Source: Bacillota bacterium
GTDB taxonomy: Bacteria > Bacillota_I > Bacilli_A > RF39 > UBA660
Assembly (NCBI GenBank): GCA_023391185.1
Contig: JAEWBI010000037.1
Location: forward strand, 8,733 to 72,732
Reading direction: 5' to 3'
Length of the DNA: 64,000 nucleotides
The notes under the pieces are model-generated. The model was not told the DNA's origin, searched no databases, and was given only the letters and a program-made list of their open reading frames with translations. The first letter of the stretch is position 1. Every line of letters begins with the position of its first letter. Shown piece by piece: positions 28,299 through 36,330 of this stretch. Both the position numbers and the translations under genes were made by a program.

Positions 28299-28643
28299 AT
28301 GTTTAAAATAAAAGATTTAGAAATAAAAAATAATGTTGTTCTTGCTCCAATGGCAGGAATAAGTAATAGTGCATATAGAACAATTATAAAAGATATGGGT
28401 TGCGGCCTTATATATGCTGAAATGGTTAGTGATAAAGCAATAGCTTATGGCAGTAAAAAAACAATTGAAATGCTTTATATGACTGATTATGAAAGACCAA
28501 TTGCTCAGCAAATTTTTGGTAGTGATGAAAACTCATTTGTTACAAGTGCAAAATATATATATGAGAATATGAAACCAGACATAATTGATATTAATACAAA
28601 ATGGTGTAAGTTATTAACTCGCACCATTAAATGTTACATATAA
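28299..28643 (+). pseudogene. displaced 5' fragment of the host tRNA-dihydrouridine synthase gene (about 99 dus codons plus 15 phage-derived codons)
   Basis: MFKIKDLEIKNNVVLAPMAGISNSAY...QQIFGSDEN...PDIIDIN aligns with residues 1-101 of the intact dus at 59421, then diverges exactly at the att core. It overlaps the 3' end of the integrase gene. Confidence 0.85.
28584..28596. repeat. attL core (ATTGATATTAATA)
   Basis: 12/13 identity with 59712-59724 (ATTGATATCAATA). Homology between the two dus copies ends here. Confidence 0.7.
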
Positions 28644-30086
28644 AGTATTTTTCTTTTTATTATAAACTATTTTATTAAATAGCCCATGGGCTATTTTTTC
28701 TTTTATTTTAAAATCTACGCTATCATCAGATAATATATTATGAGTATATTCACATAACAAATATACTTTATCTTTATTTATATTTTCGTACTCTTTGGTA
28801 TTAATAAAATTTAATTCTTCTTCTAACTTCTTAATAGCCTCTAAAATTGTCGTTTTTTTAACCTTATACTCCTCTAAAGTATCTATTCCGTCTAAATATG
28901 CTGCCTCAAGTCTTTCGAGCCTTAAACGGCTTTTATTTAACGAATTTTCTATCAATGATATTTCGCTGAATTGCTGTGTTGTTTGTACTATAGTAATATC
29001 GAGCTTATTAGTAAATATAGTTTTCAATTCGTATAATAAAGCTGATTCTAATTTTTCCTGTAAAATAGAGTGACTTTCATTGCACATCTTTTTATTATAA
29101 CCATTACATTGAAAAAAGGGTTTTCTTTTTGTTCCAGACTTTCGTTCTACCATAATAAGATTTTTACCACAATTAGAGCATTTTAACAAACCTCTTAACC
29201 AATAATCGTGTTTAACATTAGTTTTTTTATACTTAAACCATATCTTATTATGCTCATCTATCTTTTGCTGTGATTTATCCCATAATTCTTGTGAAATAAG
29301 TGACTCATGCTTTCCTTTTTTTATAATCATATCAGGATTATCATAATTTCTTTTCATTCCTCCGTCTGTATATCTAATATATCCAATATATATTGGATTG
29401 TTTAGTAAAACCTTTAAACTTCCTTCACACCAATTACTTCCTCTAGAAGTTTTGATTTTCATATTATTTAATTTAGCAGTTAATCCATTTACAGTAGTAT
29501 CTTTTTTTATCCATTCCTCAAATATAAATTTAACTATATCCTTTGTATTTTCATTTGGAATAATAGAAGATATATTTTTATCATATTTATAACCAAAAGG
29601 AGTATATCCTTGATGTTCTCCACGCGAAGCCTTTTCTTTTTTACCACGTTTTACATTTTCGGATAGATTTAGCACATAATATTCATCCATTGCCTCATAC
29701 ATAGATTCTAATATAACACGTTCTTTTCCTTCACCCAATGGTTGAGTGATACTTACTACATCTATACCGTACTTTTTACGTAGCATAGCCTTATACATTA
29801 CAGATTCTTCTTTATTACGAGCAAAACGAGAGAAATCATATACAAGTATTATGTCAAATGGTTTGGGATTTTTTTTAGCATCAAGAATCATGCGTTGGAA
29901 ATCGGTTCTTTTATCGGCATTTTTGCCACTAATCCCATCGTCTCTATATATATTTTCATCAGATACATATATGTTATTTTTTTTAGCATAATCTAAGCAT
30001 AATTTAATTTGACTATCTGGACTATATTTAGTTTGCATATCAGTAGAAACTCTTACAGATATTGCACCTTTCTTGTAATCTTTCAT
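28614..30086 (-). CDS. large serine recombinase (phage integrase)
   Basis: Resolvase catalytic domain (AISVRVSTDMQ, DGISG, VYDFSRFARN), recombinase domain, Zn-ribbon (CSNCGKN...CNGYNKKMC) and C-terminal coiled coil. Start ATG at 30086 after RBS GAGGAAGTG is preferred over the longer tracked ORF. Confidence 0.92.
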   Translation of the reverse strand: MKDYKKGAISVRVSTDMQTKYSPDSQIKLCLDYAKKNNIYVSDENIYRDDGISGKNADKRTDFQRMILDAKKNPKPFDIILVYDFSRFARNKEESVMYKAMLRKKYGIDVVSITQPLGEGKERVILESMYEAMDEYYVLNLSENVKRGKKEKASRGEHQGYTPFGYKYDKNISSIIPNENTKDIVKFIFEEWIKKDTTVNGLTAKLNNMKIKTSRGSNWCEGSLKVLLNNPIYIGYIRYTDGGMKRNYDNPDMIIKKGKHESLISQELWDKSQQKIDEHNKIWFKYKKTNVKHDYWLRGLLKCSNCGKNLIMVERKSGTKRKPFFQCNGYNKKMCNESHSILQEKLESALLYELKTIFTNKLDITIVQTTQQFSEISLIENSLNKSRLRLERLEAAYLDGIDTLEEYKVKKTTILEAIKKLEEELNFINTKEYENINKDKVYLLCEYTHNILSDDSVDFKIKEKIAHGLFNKIVYNKKKNTLYVTFNGAS

Positions 30087-30201
30087 TATATCACTTCCTC
30101 GTTTTTTTAATTTATGATATAATATAATAGAAAAATCCAATACATTATATCTAGTATATTTTGTGTTCTTAGTTTGCGAGACTAGTTGATTTTTCAATCA
30201 T

Positions 30202-30232
30202 GGCTTCACTTTGGCGAGTGAAGTCTTTTTTT
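30202..30232 (+). terminator. strong plus-strand intrinsic terminator between two minus-strand genes (int and cI)
   Basis: GGCTTCACT-ttggcg-AGTGAAGTC (9 bp including one G:U) followed by T7 on the plus strand. On the minus strand the hairpin is not followed by a U-run. Confidence 0.7.
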
Positions 30233-30234
30233 GG

Positions 30235-30906
30235 CTATAAATCTCTAATATGACGTTTAGCTACCCCAATTATTTCAACAGGAAGATTTTTTATATCTTC
30301 ATCTGTATATAATCTTGGTAAAAAACCTGTATCGTTATCCAAATTAATAGGAGAAATTAACAATCCATTCTCTTTAATAAAGACCTTCTTAAAAGTAGCA
30401 TCGAAACCATTAATTTTAACACAACAGTCCTGTCCACTCTCAAATATTGATGATTTTAAAAATATAACTATATCGTTATTTTTGTATTCTGGCTCCATTG
30501 AATTACCAAATAATTTAAGAGCAAAGTATTTTTTGCCACCTCTTATCCAGTCAATAGGTATTTCTTCGTAATCAACTGTATATGTATCCTCAATAGCTTC
30601 AAAAGGAATTCCTGCAGGTATTTTTCCTAACACAGGGACTTTAACAACGTTTCTATCTAACTTAGTAGTTATTATATTAGTATTAACTATATTATCTTCT
30701 ATTAAGTCAGACTTATTTATTCCAAAATAATTAGACAATATTTCTATGCTATCGATCCGTGGGTAAGCTATACCATTATACCAATCAGTTAAAGTAGTAT
30801 ATTTAAATCCAGTTGCTTCACACAATTTATTTCTATCAATATTATTAATAGACATATATTTTCTTAGATTTTTAGCGAATACTTTTTTATTTCCTAAATC
30901 ACTCAT
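30235..30906 (-). CDS. CI/LexA-like repressor (XRE HTH plus S24 autopeptidase)
   Basis: N-terminal HTH (FAKNLRKYMSINNIDRNKLCEATGFKYTTLTDWYNG). C-terminal S24 domain with GNSMEP serine motif and downstream lysine. Divergent from the cro-like gene. Confidence 0.9.
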   Translation of the reverse strand: MSDLGNKKVFAKNLRKYMSINNIDRNKLCEATGFKYTTLTDWYNGIAYPRIDSIEILSNYFGINKSDLIEDNIVNTNIITTKLDRNVVKVPVLGKIPAGIPFEAIEDTYTVDYEEIPIDWIRGGKKYFALKLFGNSMEPEYKNNDIVIFLKSSIFESGQDCCVKINGFDATFKKVFIKENGLLISPINLDNDTGFLPRLYTDEDIKNLPVEIIGVAKRHIRDL

Positions 30907-30938
30907 ACTTATTATCTCCTTTCATAACTATTCATATT

Positions 30939-31033
30939 ATACACTTAAACCGTAAAATTATCAAATTAAACTTTAATAAATTACGATAAATATGTAAAAA
31001 TCTATTGACATTACGGTTTTTCCGTAATAGAAT
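30939..31033. promoter_or_regulatory. genetic-switch region: three operator-like 17-mers and the early (cro-side) promoter
   Basis: Perfect palindrome TTACGG-ttttt-CCGTAA (31011-31027) fills the 17-nt spacer of TTGACA (31005-31010) / TAGAAT (31028-31033). Degenerate copies lie at 30981-30997 (TTACGAtaaatATGTAA) and 30939-30955 (ATACACttaaaCCGTAA). Confidence 0.7.
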
Positions 31034-31058
31034 GTAATCATAGAGGAGGTGATAGATT

Positions 31059-31289
31059 ATGAAGATGTCTTTAAAAGCAATACGCTACAATAAAGATTTA
31101 AGTATTGAAGAAGCTTCGAAAATGATTGGTATTAGTAAGGAAACATTGCTAAATTACGAATCTTTCAAAACATTTCCAAATGTTCTTATTATAGAAAAAA
31201 TTCTAAATACTTATGACGTAAAATATGATGATATTATTTTTTTACCCAAGAATTACGGATTAACCGTAAAAAGAGATAAGGAGAATTAA
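31059..31289 (+). CDS. Cro-like XRE-family HTH regulator
   Basis: 76 aa, LSIEEASKMIGISKETLLNYES HTH, RBS AGAGGAGGTGA, divergent from the repressor. Confidence 0.8.
   Translation: MKMSLKAIRYNKDLSIEEASKMIGISKETLLNYESFKTFPNVLIIEKILNTYDVKYDDIIFLPKNYGLTVKRDKEN
31253..31269. promoter_or_regulatory. distal operator copy inside the 3' end of cro
   Basis: TTACGG-attaa-CCGTAA, same half-sites and spacing as 31011-31027. Confidence 0.55.
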
Positions 31290-31292
31290 AAA

Positions 31293-31448
31293 ATGGAAAA
31301 GTCTCGCAAACTAAAAACTCCATTAAAAGTGGTAATTATTAATCCACCTAGTGAAGAGGAAGCCAAAAATATAATAAAAGGGATATCGATGAAACTCAGT
31401 GAATTGTATTCCTTAAATTTAACTAATGAATTGGAGGAAGCTAAATGA
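31293..31448 (+). CDS. small hypothetical protein (51 aa, below track cutoff)
   Basis: Hand-translated MEKSRKLKTPLKVVIINPPSEEEAKNIIKGISMKLSELYSLNLTNELEEAK. RBS AAGGAGAA upstream; stop overlaps the next start (ATGA). Confidence 0.4.
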   Translation: MEKSRKLKTPLKVVIINPPSEEEAKNIIKGISMKLSELYSLNLTNELEEAK

Positions 31449-31645
31449 AGAAAAAAAGAAGATTAAGAACTTGGGTTAAAGTGGCTTTAACAATTATATT
31501 ATCACTAATTGTAGTTTTCATTTTTATTAAATTATCAAAGATGAGTTCCGATCGTTTTAATTATTGGTCGGCTAAATGTGATACGGCTAGTAATCATACT
31601 TGCTCTTATTATGAAATAAGGCAAATGATGATAAGAGGTGAGTAG
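31445..31645 (+). CDS. small membrane protein
   Basis: 66 aa, basic N-terminus then one TM (VKVALTIILSLIVVFIFI); translationally coupled. Confidence 0.5.
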   Translation: MKKKRRLRTWVKVALTIILSLIVVFIFIKLSKMSSDRFNYWSAKCDTASNHTCSYYEIRQMMIRGE

Positions 31646-31646
31646 C

Positions 31647-31886
31647 ATGGTGAAAAAAAGAACTCAAATAAATGATATTATAAATCATTTAATAAAACAT
31701 AAAAAAATTTCATCTATGGAAGCCTTTAAAAAGTATGGAGCTACAAGATTATCAGGAATAATTTTTAAATTTAAAAGAATGGGATTTATTATAACTAGCG
31801 AACATGTAGTAGGTAAAACTAGATATGGCAATAACTCACCATTTGTTATATATCATCTTATAAAAGTTGCTGATGATTATGAATAA
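31647..31886 (+). CDS. small winged-helix DNA-binding protein (possible Xis/accessory factor of the adjacent tyrosine recombinase)
   Basis: ISSMEAFKKYGATRLSGIIFKFKRMGFII resembles the small phage/plasmid wHTH family. The 3' end overlaps the recombinase start. Confidence 0.5.
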   Translation: MVKKRTQINDIINHLIKHKKISSMEAFKKYGATRLSGIIFKFKRMGFIITSEHVVGKTRYGNNSPFVIYHLIKVADDYE

Positions 31887-32718
31887 AGAATATCTAAAAA
31901 ACAAATTAAGCAACTGGATAGAAGAGCAACGTCTAGCTGAATATGAATCAAAAACTTTAAAATCATATGAAACAGATATAAAGAAATTTATTAACTATAT
32001 TGAAGTTGATGAATTTGTTCTTGATAAAGATTTGACTATGAAATATAAAGAGCATCTTAGAGAAAAACATACTACAAATAGCTGTAACAGATACATAGTT
32101 ACTTTGAATAAATTCTTAAAATATATAGGCTATGAAAAATGTGTTTTAAAAAAAGTTAAAACACAGCAAAAAACATCTATAGATGAACCGATTTGGGAAC
32201 ACGAACATAAAAGGATGCTTAGATGGGCGAAAAATTTAGGAATGGAAGATATGTATCTAATACTAAAAATATTTGCTTATACAGGCATTAGAGTGCAATC
32301 ACTTAAAAAGTTTACTGCTGAAAATCTAGAAAATTATATAAAGGTCTATATAAAAGGTAAAGAAATTACTGTTATTTTAAGAAGTGATTTGTTAAGAGAA
32401 ATTAAGCATTATTGTAAGATTAACAAAATCACTAGCGGATACATCTTTAAAAGCCCTGTAAAGCCTAATACAATGCTGAATGCATCAACAATATGGCGAA
32501 GGTTAAAAAAGATTGCTAGAACGGCTAAAATCAATCCAAAAAAGATACATCCACATGCATGGAGACATCTTTTTGCTAAAAACTTTATGAAAGACCCTCA
32601 AAATGATTTAACAGAACTAGCAGATATCTTAGGACATTCAAAATTAGAGACAACGAGAATATACACCATGACATCTAATAAAGAGAAAAAAACAAAACTC
32701 GAAAAAATGAAATATTAA
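31867..32718 (+). CDS. tyrosine recombinase (XerC/D-like phage integrase family)
   Basis: SAM-like N-domain (KTLKSYETDIKKFINYI). Catalytic residues present: AYTGIRVQSL (R), HPHAWRHLFA (H-x-x-R), LGHSKLETTRIYT (H...Y). True start is probably ATG 31873 or 31879. Confidence 0.88.
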   Translation: MLMIMNKEYLKNKLSNWIEEQRLAEYESKTLKSYETDIKKFINYIEVDEFVLDKDLTMKYKEHLREKHTTNSCNRYIVTLNKFLKYIGYEKCVLKKVKTQQKTSIDEPIWEHEHKRMLRWAKNLGMEDMYLILKIFAYTGIRVQSLKKFTAENLENYIKVYIKGKEITVILRSDLLREIKHYCKINKITSGYIFKSPVKPNTMLNASTIWRRLKKIARTAKINPKKIHPHAWRHLFAKNFMKDPQNDLTELADILGHSKLETTRIYTMTSNKEKKTKLEKMKY

Positions 32719-32729
32719 GGAGGATAAGT

Positions 32730-32912
32730 ATGGGTCTAAATCAAGCCTTAGTCTTAAGGATTAATTATTTAATAGGTAACAAAAAATATACTGATGAAGT
32801 ATCAGGTAAACCAGGATTAAAAAAGAGTGAACTTATTGGTATGTTTCAAATGGCACATCAAGGTGACAACGCAATAATAACAAAAATTCATTGTCACATT
32901 GAAAGTTTTTAA
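32730..32912 (+). CDS. hypothetical protein
   Basis: 60-aa ORF with RBS AAGGAGGA; no recognisable domain. Confidence 0.4.
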   Translation: MGLNQALVLRINYLIGNKKYTDEVSGKPGLKKSELIGMFQMAHQGDNAIITKIHCHIESF

Positions 32913-32924
32913 AAAGGAGGATAT

Positions 32925-33416
32925 ATGGAAGGTATAGAGAGATTAAAAATATTATCATCTGAAATAAAAGATGAATCACTTTTACAAGTAGTAGATTACT
33001 TATTATCACGTGAAGATATGAACGAAAAGTATCTAAATGAAGAAAAATCACTTAAACAGATGATCGAATTTATAAATAATGAGGTTTTAAAAAGGATTCC
33101 TACTAATGAAAGAAAAGATGTCCAATGCAAAATGTTAACTAATGAGGATGTTTATAGTATGGCTATTCATTACTTTGATGAATCTAATGAATTTTTAGGA
33201 CTTGCATCTACTAAAGTAAAAACAAATATTGAACAAAATGTTCAAGCTGATGAAGCAACTGGCGAAACCAAAAATGATATAGAAGTCGTTGAAGAAGAAT
33301 CAGTAGAATCATCTAATGTTAGTGAAAATCCTATTGTAGAAATTAAAACAAATCGTAAAATTAAAGAAAAGTATGTTCCAGAAGGTCAATTATCTTTATT
33401 TGATATTGTTGGCTAA
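32925..33416 (+). CDS. acidic PcfK-like protein (assignment tentative)
   Basis: 163 aa. The central EDVYSMAIHYFDES motif and C-terminal GQLSLFD remind me of the PcfK-like family. It sits immediately upstream of a PcfJ-like gene, as in conjugative elements. Confidence 0.5.
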   Translation: MEGIERLKILSSEIKDESLLQVVDYLLSREDMNEKYLNEEKSLKQMIEFINNEVLKRIPTNERKDVQCKMLTNEDVYSMAIHYFDESNEFLGLASTKVKTNIEQNVQADEATGETKNDIEVVEEESVESSNVSENPIVEIKTNRKIKEKYVPEGQLSLFDIVG

Positions 33417-34837
33417 TGTATATAAAAAAAACTGATAAGAAATTATTTGAAGAATTAGACAAGTATCTAAATCTACCAAATGATTTTAATAAGTTTGTTG
33501 ATAAAATTTCAAAAAAACATAATTTTATAATCAAATATAAGGAATTTTATCACTGTTGCAACTGCGATTATGATTTTAAGAGCAGTAAAAAGATTAATGA
33601 AAAAGAAAAATGTCCATTCTGTAAAAATACTTATATAGTTAAAAGTACAAAAATCAAAAAACATGAATTTGATGACCATATAGGACTATTAGCAAAATAT
33701 CAGGATAAGTATATAATTAGATTTTTTGAAATTAAGACGTATTTTAATAATCAAAAAGTATACACAGATGTTTGTGAGTATGCACGAAAAATTTACAATG
33801 ATAACTTTGTGGAAATTCACGAAATAGTTAACGACCATCTATTTAGTGGAATCGGTGTTATGGCTATAAGGCATGATAGAAATCTATATGCTGAAAATTG
33901 GAGGTTTTTAACCTCTTATTGGAAAGAAATATCAGATAGTGTAATAGTTTATCCAAACAACTTAAAAACCCTATTTAAAGGCACTAAATGGCAATATTCA
34001 CAACTATGGTTATTAGCAAGAAAGATTAATTATTTAGATATATCATTTTTACTTAGAAATTATAGAAGTTCTATAGAGTTATTAATTAAACTAGGATTTT
34101 ATAATTTAGCTTTATGTCCAAAAACTTTCGATAAAAAAGGAAATTTTAAAGACAGATTTGGTGTTGACAAAGAATTTGCATCATTTATACGAAAACATAA
34201 TCTAAATGTTGATGAACTAGAAGTATTAAAATATATTCAAAAAAGAGATATTGCAATGATTAGAGAGTTTTCTAGTTCAGGTTACTTAAGCGATTTTAAA
34301 GAATATAAAATTGATTTATATAAACTTAAAAAAAATACAAATTATTGTGATAGAAATCATCATGAATATATTGATTATTTAAGATTTGCTAAAAAATTAA
34401 GATATGATTTATCAAATAAAAAATACTTGTATCCAGCTAATATAAAAAGTGAACATGATAGGTTGTTAAAATTAATAAATTTTCAAAAGAATAAAGCACT
34501 AAATAAAATAATTAAGGTTCGCTACAAAGATTTGAAGAAAAACATCTATAAAAATAAGGAATATATCATTTTTCCAGCAAAAAATGTTGATGAAATGATA
34601 GATGAGTCTTCACAACAAAATAATTGTGTTCAGGACTATGCTGAAAGATATGCAGAAGGCAAATGTGATATTTACTTTATGAGATATGAAAACAGCCAAG
34701 ACAAATCTCTTGTTACTGTAGAAGTTAGAAATAACAAAGTTTATCAAAAAAGAATATACCATAATGACCCAACTACAGAAAAACAAAATAAGTTTTTAGA
34801 TAATTGGGAACGTAGGGTATTAACAAAGGAGTGTTAA
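33416..34837 (+). CDS. PcfJ-like protein
   Basis: 473 aa with N-terminal Cys clusters (CCNCDYDF...CPFCKN) and C-terminal ESSQQNNCVQDYAERYAEGKCDIYFMR...LVTVEV motif typical of the PcfJ domain. Confidence 0.65.
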   Translation: MYIKKTDKKLFEELDKYLNLPNDFNKFVDKISKKHNFIIKYKEFYHCCNCDYDFKSSKKINEKEKCPFCKNTYIVKSTKIKKHEFDDHIGLLAKYQDKYIIRFFEIKTYFNNQKVYTDVCEYARKIYNDNFVEIHEIVNDHLFSGIGVMAIRHDRNLYAENWRFLTSYWKEISDSVIVYPNNLKTLFKGTKWQYSQLWLLARKINYLDISFLLRNYRSSIELLIKLGFYNLALCPKTFDKKGNFKDRFGVDKEFASFIRKHNLNVDELEVLKYIQKRDIAMIREFSSSGYLSDFKEYKIDLYKLKKNTNYCDRNHHEYIDYLRFAKKLRYDLSNKKYLYPANIKSEHDRLLKLINFQKNKALNKIIKVRYKDLKKNIYKNKEYIIFPAKNVDEMIDESSQQNNCVQDYAERYAEGKCDIYFMRYENSQDKSLVTVEVRNNKVYQKRIYHNDPTTEKQNKFLDNWERRVLTKEC

Positions 34838-34839
34838 TA

Positions 34840-35130
34840 ATGAAAAGATATTTTGTATTTGCCTATGATAGATTCTATCCATCTGGAGGAATGAGCGATT
34901 TTGTTTATTCATCAAAAACTTTAGAGGATGCTATACATTATGCTTTTGAAATTAAAGATAATCGTGACTCTGTAACAGTATGGGATATGAAATCAATTAA
35001 AAAAGTATATGGGTTTTATGAAGGAATGTTAAGTGAGGATTTTATAGCAGATTTATCATCACCTTTATCAAAGATATGTGACCCTAATATAAGTAAAGAA
35101 TATTTACTTAAGAGTAATGACAATGAATAG
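34840..35130 (+). CDS. hypothetical protein
   Basis: ORF with RBS AAGGAG and ATG 34840; coupled to the upstream gene. Confidence 0.55.
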   Translation: MKRYFVFAYDRFYPSGGMSDFVYSSKTLEDAIHYAFEIKDNRDSVTVWDMKSIKKVYGFYEGMLSEDFIADLSSPLSKICDPNISKEYLLKSNDNE

Positions 35131-35287
35131 TCCAAGCTTATACTTTCTTCAAATAGGTAAAGCTGTAGCTAAAGGATTTAACATAGGATTTCATTCATAT
35201 AGAAATTATTATTATAAAAAGTGCGGTAAAAAATATAAAAAAATAATCAAAAAACACTTTAAAGTAGATTTTTCCAAAAGTCTTTAA
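35123..35287 (+). CDS. possible small basic protein (54 aa, below track cutoff)
   Basis: Hand-translated MNSPSLYFLQIGKAVAKGFNIGFHSYRNYYYKKCGKKYKKIIKKHFKVDFSKSL. The ATG overlaps the upstream stop region; there is no clear RBS. Confidence 0.3.
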   Translation: MNSPSLYFLQIGKAVAKGFNIGFHSYRNYYYKKCGKKYKKIIKKHFKVDFSKSL

Positions 35288-35306
35288 GAAAAGGAGAAAA
35301 GATAAT

Positions 35307-35597
35307 ATGATCGAAAAATTAAAAGAAATGGGTTTTGTGGCATACGGTGCTACATATCCACCATTATACTATCGAATTAAAACTGACGATTTTACTGTAG
35401 CTCTTACAGCTTCGTTAAATAATGATGAAGTTATTGATATAACCCCATCAGTTGATTGCAATAGTAGATTAAACTTTAAAACAATGCAGTGTAACGATGT
35501 AAAACTATCTGATTTAGATGATTATTATAACAATATAATAAATCAATTATTAAATATAAAAGAAGTCCACAAGGAACTTCTAAATATAAAAAAATAA
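35307..35597 (+). CDS. hypothetical protein
   Basis: 96-aa ORF with RBS AAGGAGAA. Confidence 0.6.
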   Translation: MIEKLKEMGFVAYGATYPPLYYRIKTDDFTVALTASLNNDEVIDITPSVDCNSRLNFKTMQCNDVKLSDLDDYYNNIINQLLNIKEVHKELLNIKK

Positions 35598-35623
35598 CTA
35601 TTTGCAAAAAGGAGTGATGAGTA

Positions 35624-35794
35624 ATGAGCAAAGAGGAATATGGTGAACTATTAAAATATCTAGGAATCCTAAAGTTTGTACTAATTAAATTTCAAGAGAA
35701 AGAAAATGATGTAAACATTTTTAGTGACATGCTTGAGAGAGTTAATTATGTAATAAATTATGCACCAACAATAGATGAAAAAATCATTGATTAA
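35624..35794 (+). CDS. small hypothetical protein (56 aa, below track cutoff)
   Basis: RBS AAAGGAG. MSKEEYGELLKYLGILKFVLIKFQEKEND...; ends within a hairpin shared with the convergent minus-strand gene. Confidence 0.4.
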   Translation: MSKEEYGELLKYLGILKFVLIKFQEKENDVNIFSDMLERVNYVINYAPTIDEKIID

Positions 35795-35952
35795 GCAATG
35801 ATTTCAACTGGTGAGAAATGATAACACATATTTCACTTTTATAGTATTTAGAAGTTTCATGTGTTACGTGTTTCATCATTAATCTTCCAATGATAGTTTC
35901 AGCTAAATTTTTAGCTAATTCTTCAATCTCTTCATCTGAATATTTTTTCACA
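35784..35952 (-). CDS. small hypothetical protein on the opposite strand (lone reverse gene in the early region)
   Basis: GTG start at 35952 preceded by GAGGTG. VKKYSDEEIEELAKNLAETIIGRLMMKHVTHE...; the tracked ORF extends further upstream to 36017. Confidence 0.45.
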
Positions 35953-36130
35953 AAATTCACCTCGATAAAGAGATTATACCATGAAAAATAGTTAAAAAAT
36001 ACCCTTGAAAAATGCAAAAAGTATCCTAATAAAAAAATAGGTAGTTATGCCTTATAAAATAATAGCAAAGTAGATATTTAGTAGGTGCAATATAATGTTA
36101 TGGTTATCTTGCATCCATAAAGGAGGAAAT

Positions 36131-36319
36131 ATGAGTTTAGAAGAGTTAAAAAAAGATAAAGAAATTTTACCAAAAACATTAATAAATGAAATTAAAATAT
36201 TTTTAAATAAGTATCCAAAAATTATTAAAGATATGAGTATTGATTATGAAACTATTGTCAGAAGTTTTCCTGATGGCAACATAGTTGATTTAGATATAAA
36301 AGTAGATATAAAAATATAG
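36131..36319 (+). CDS. hypothetical protein
   Basis: RBS AAGGAGGA then ATG 36131. Confidence 0.55.
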   Translation: MSLEELKKDKEILPKTLINEIKIFLNKYPKIIKDMSIDYETIVRSFPDGNIVDLDIKVDIKI

Positions 36320-36330
36320 GAGGAAATAAG

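Noticed and set aside
30087-30197. N-terminal 37-aa extension of the serine recombinase ORF
   Set aside because: The internal ATG at 30086 has a strong RBS and places the catalytic Ser at the usual distance from the N-terminus. The extension has no homology-like features.
35624-35952. Convergent small ORF pair as a toxin-antitoxin system
   Set aside because: The genes are convergent rather than co-transcribed and show no recognisable TA family motifs. Only the moron-like orientation is kept, as a low-interest finding.
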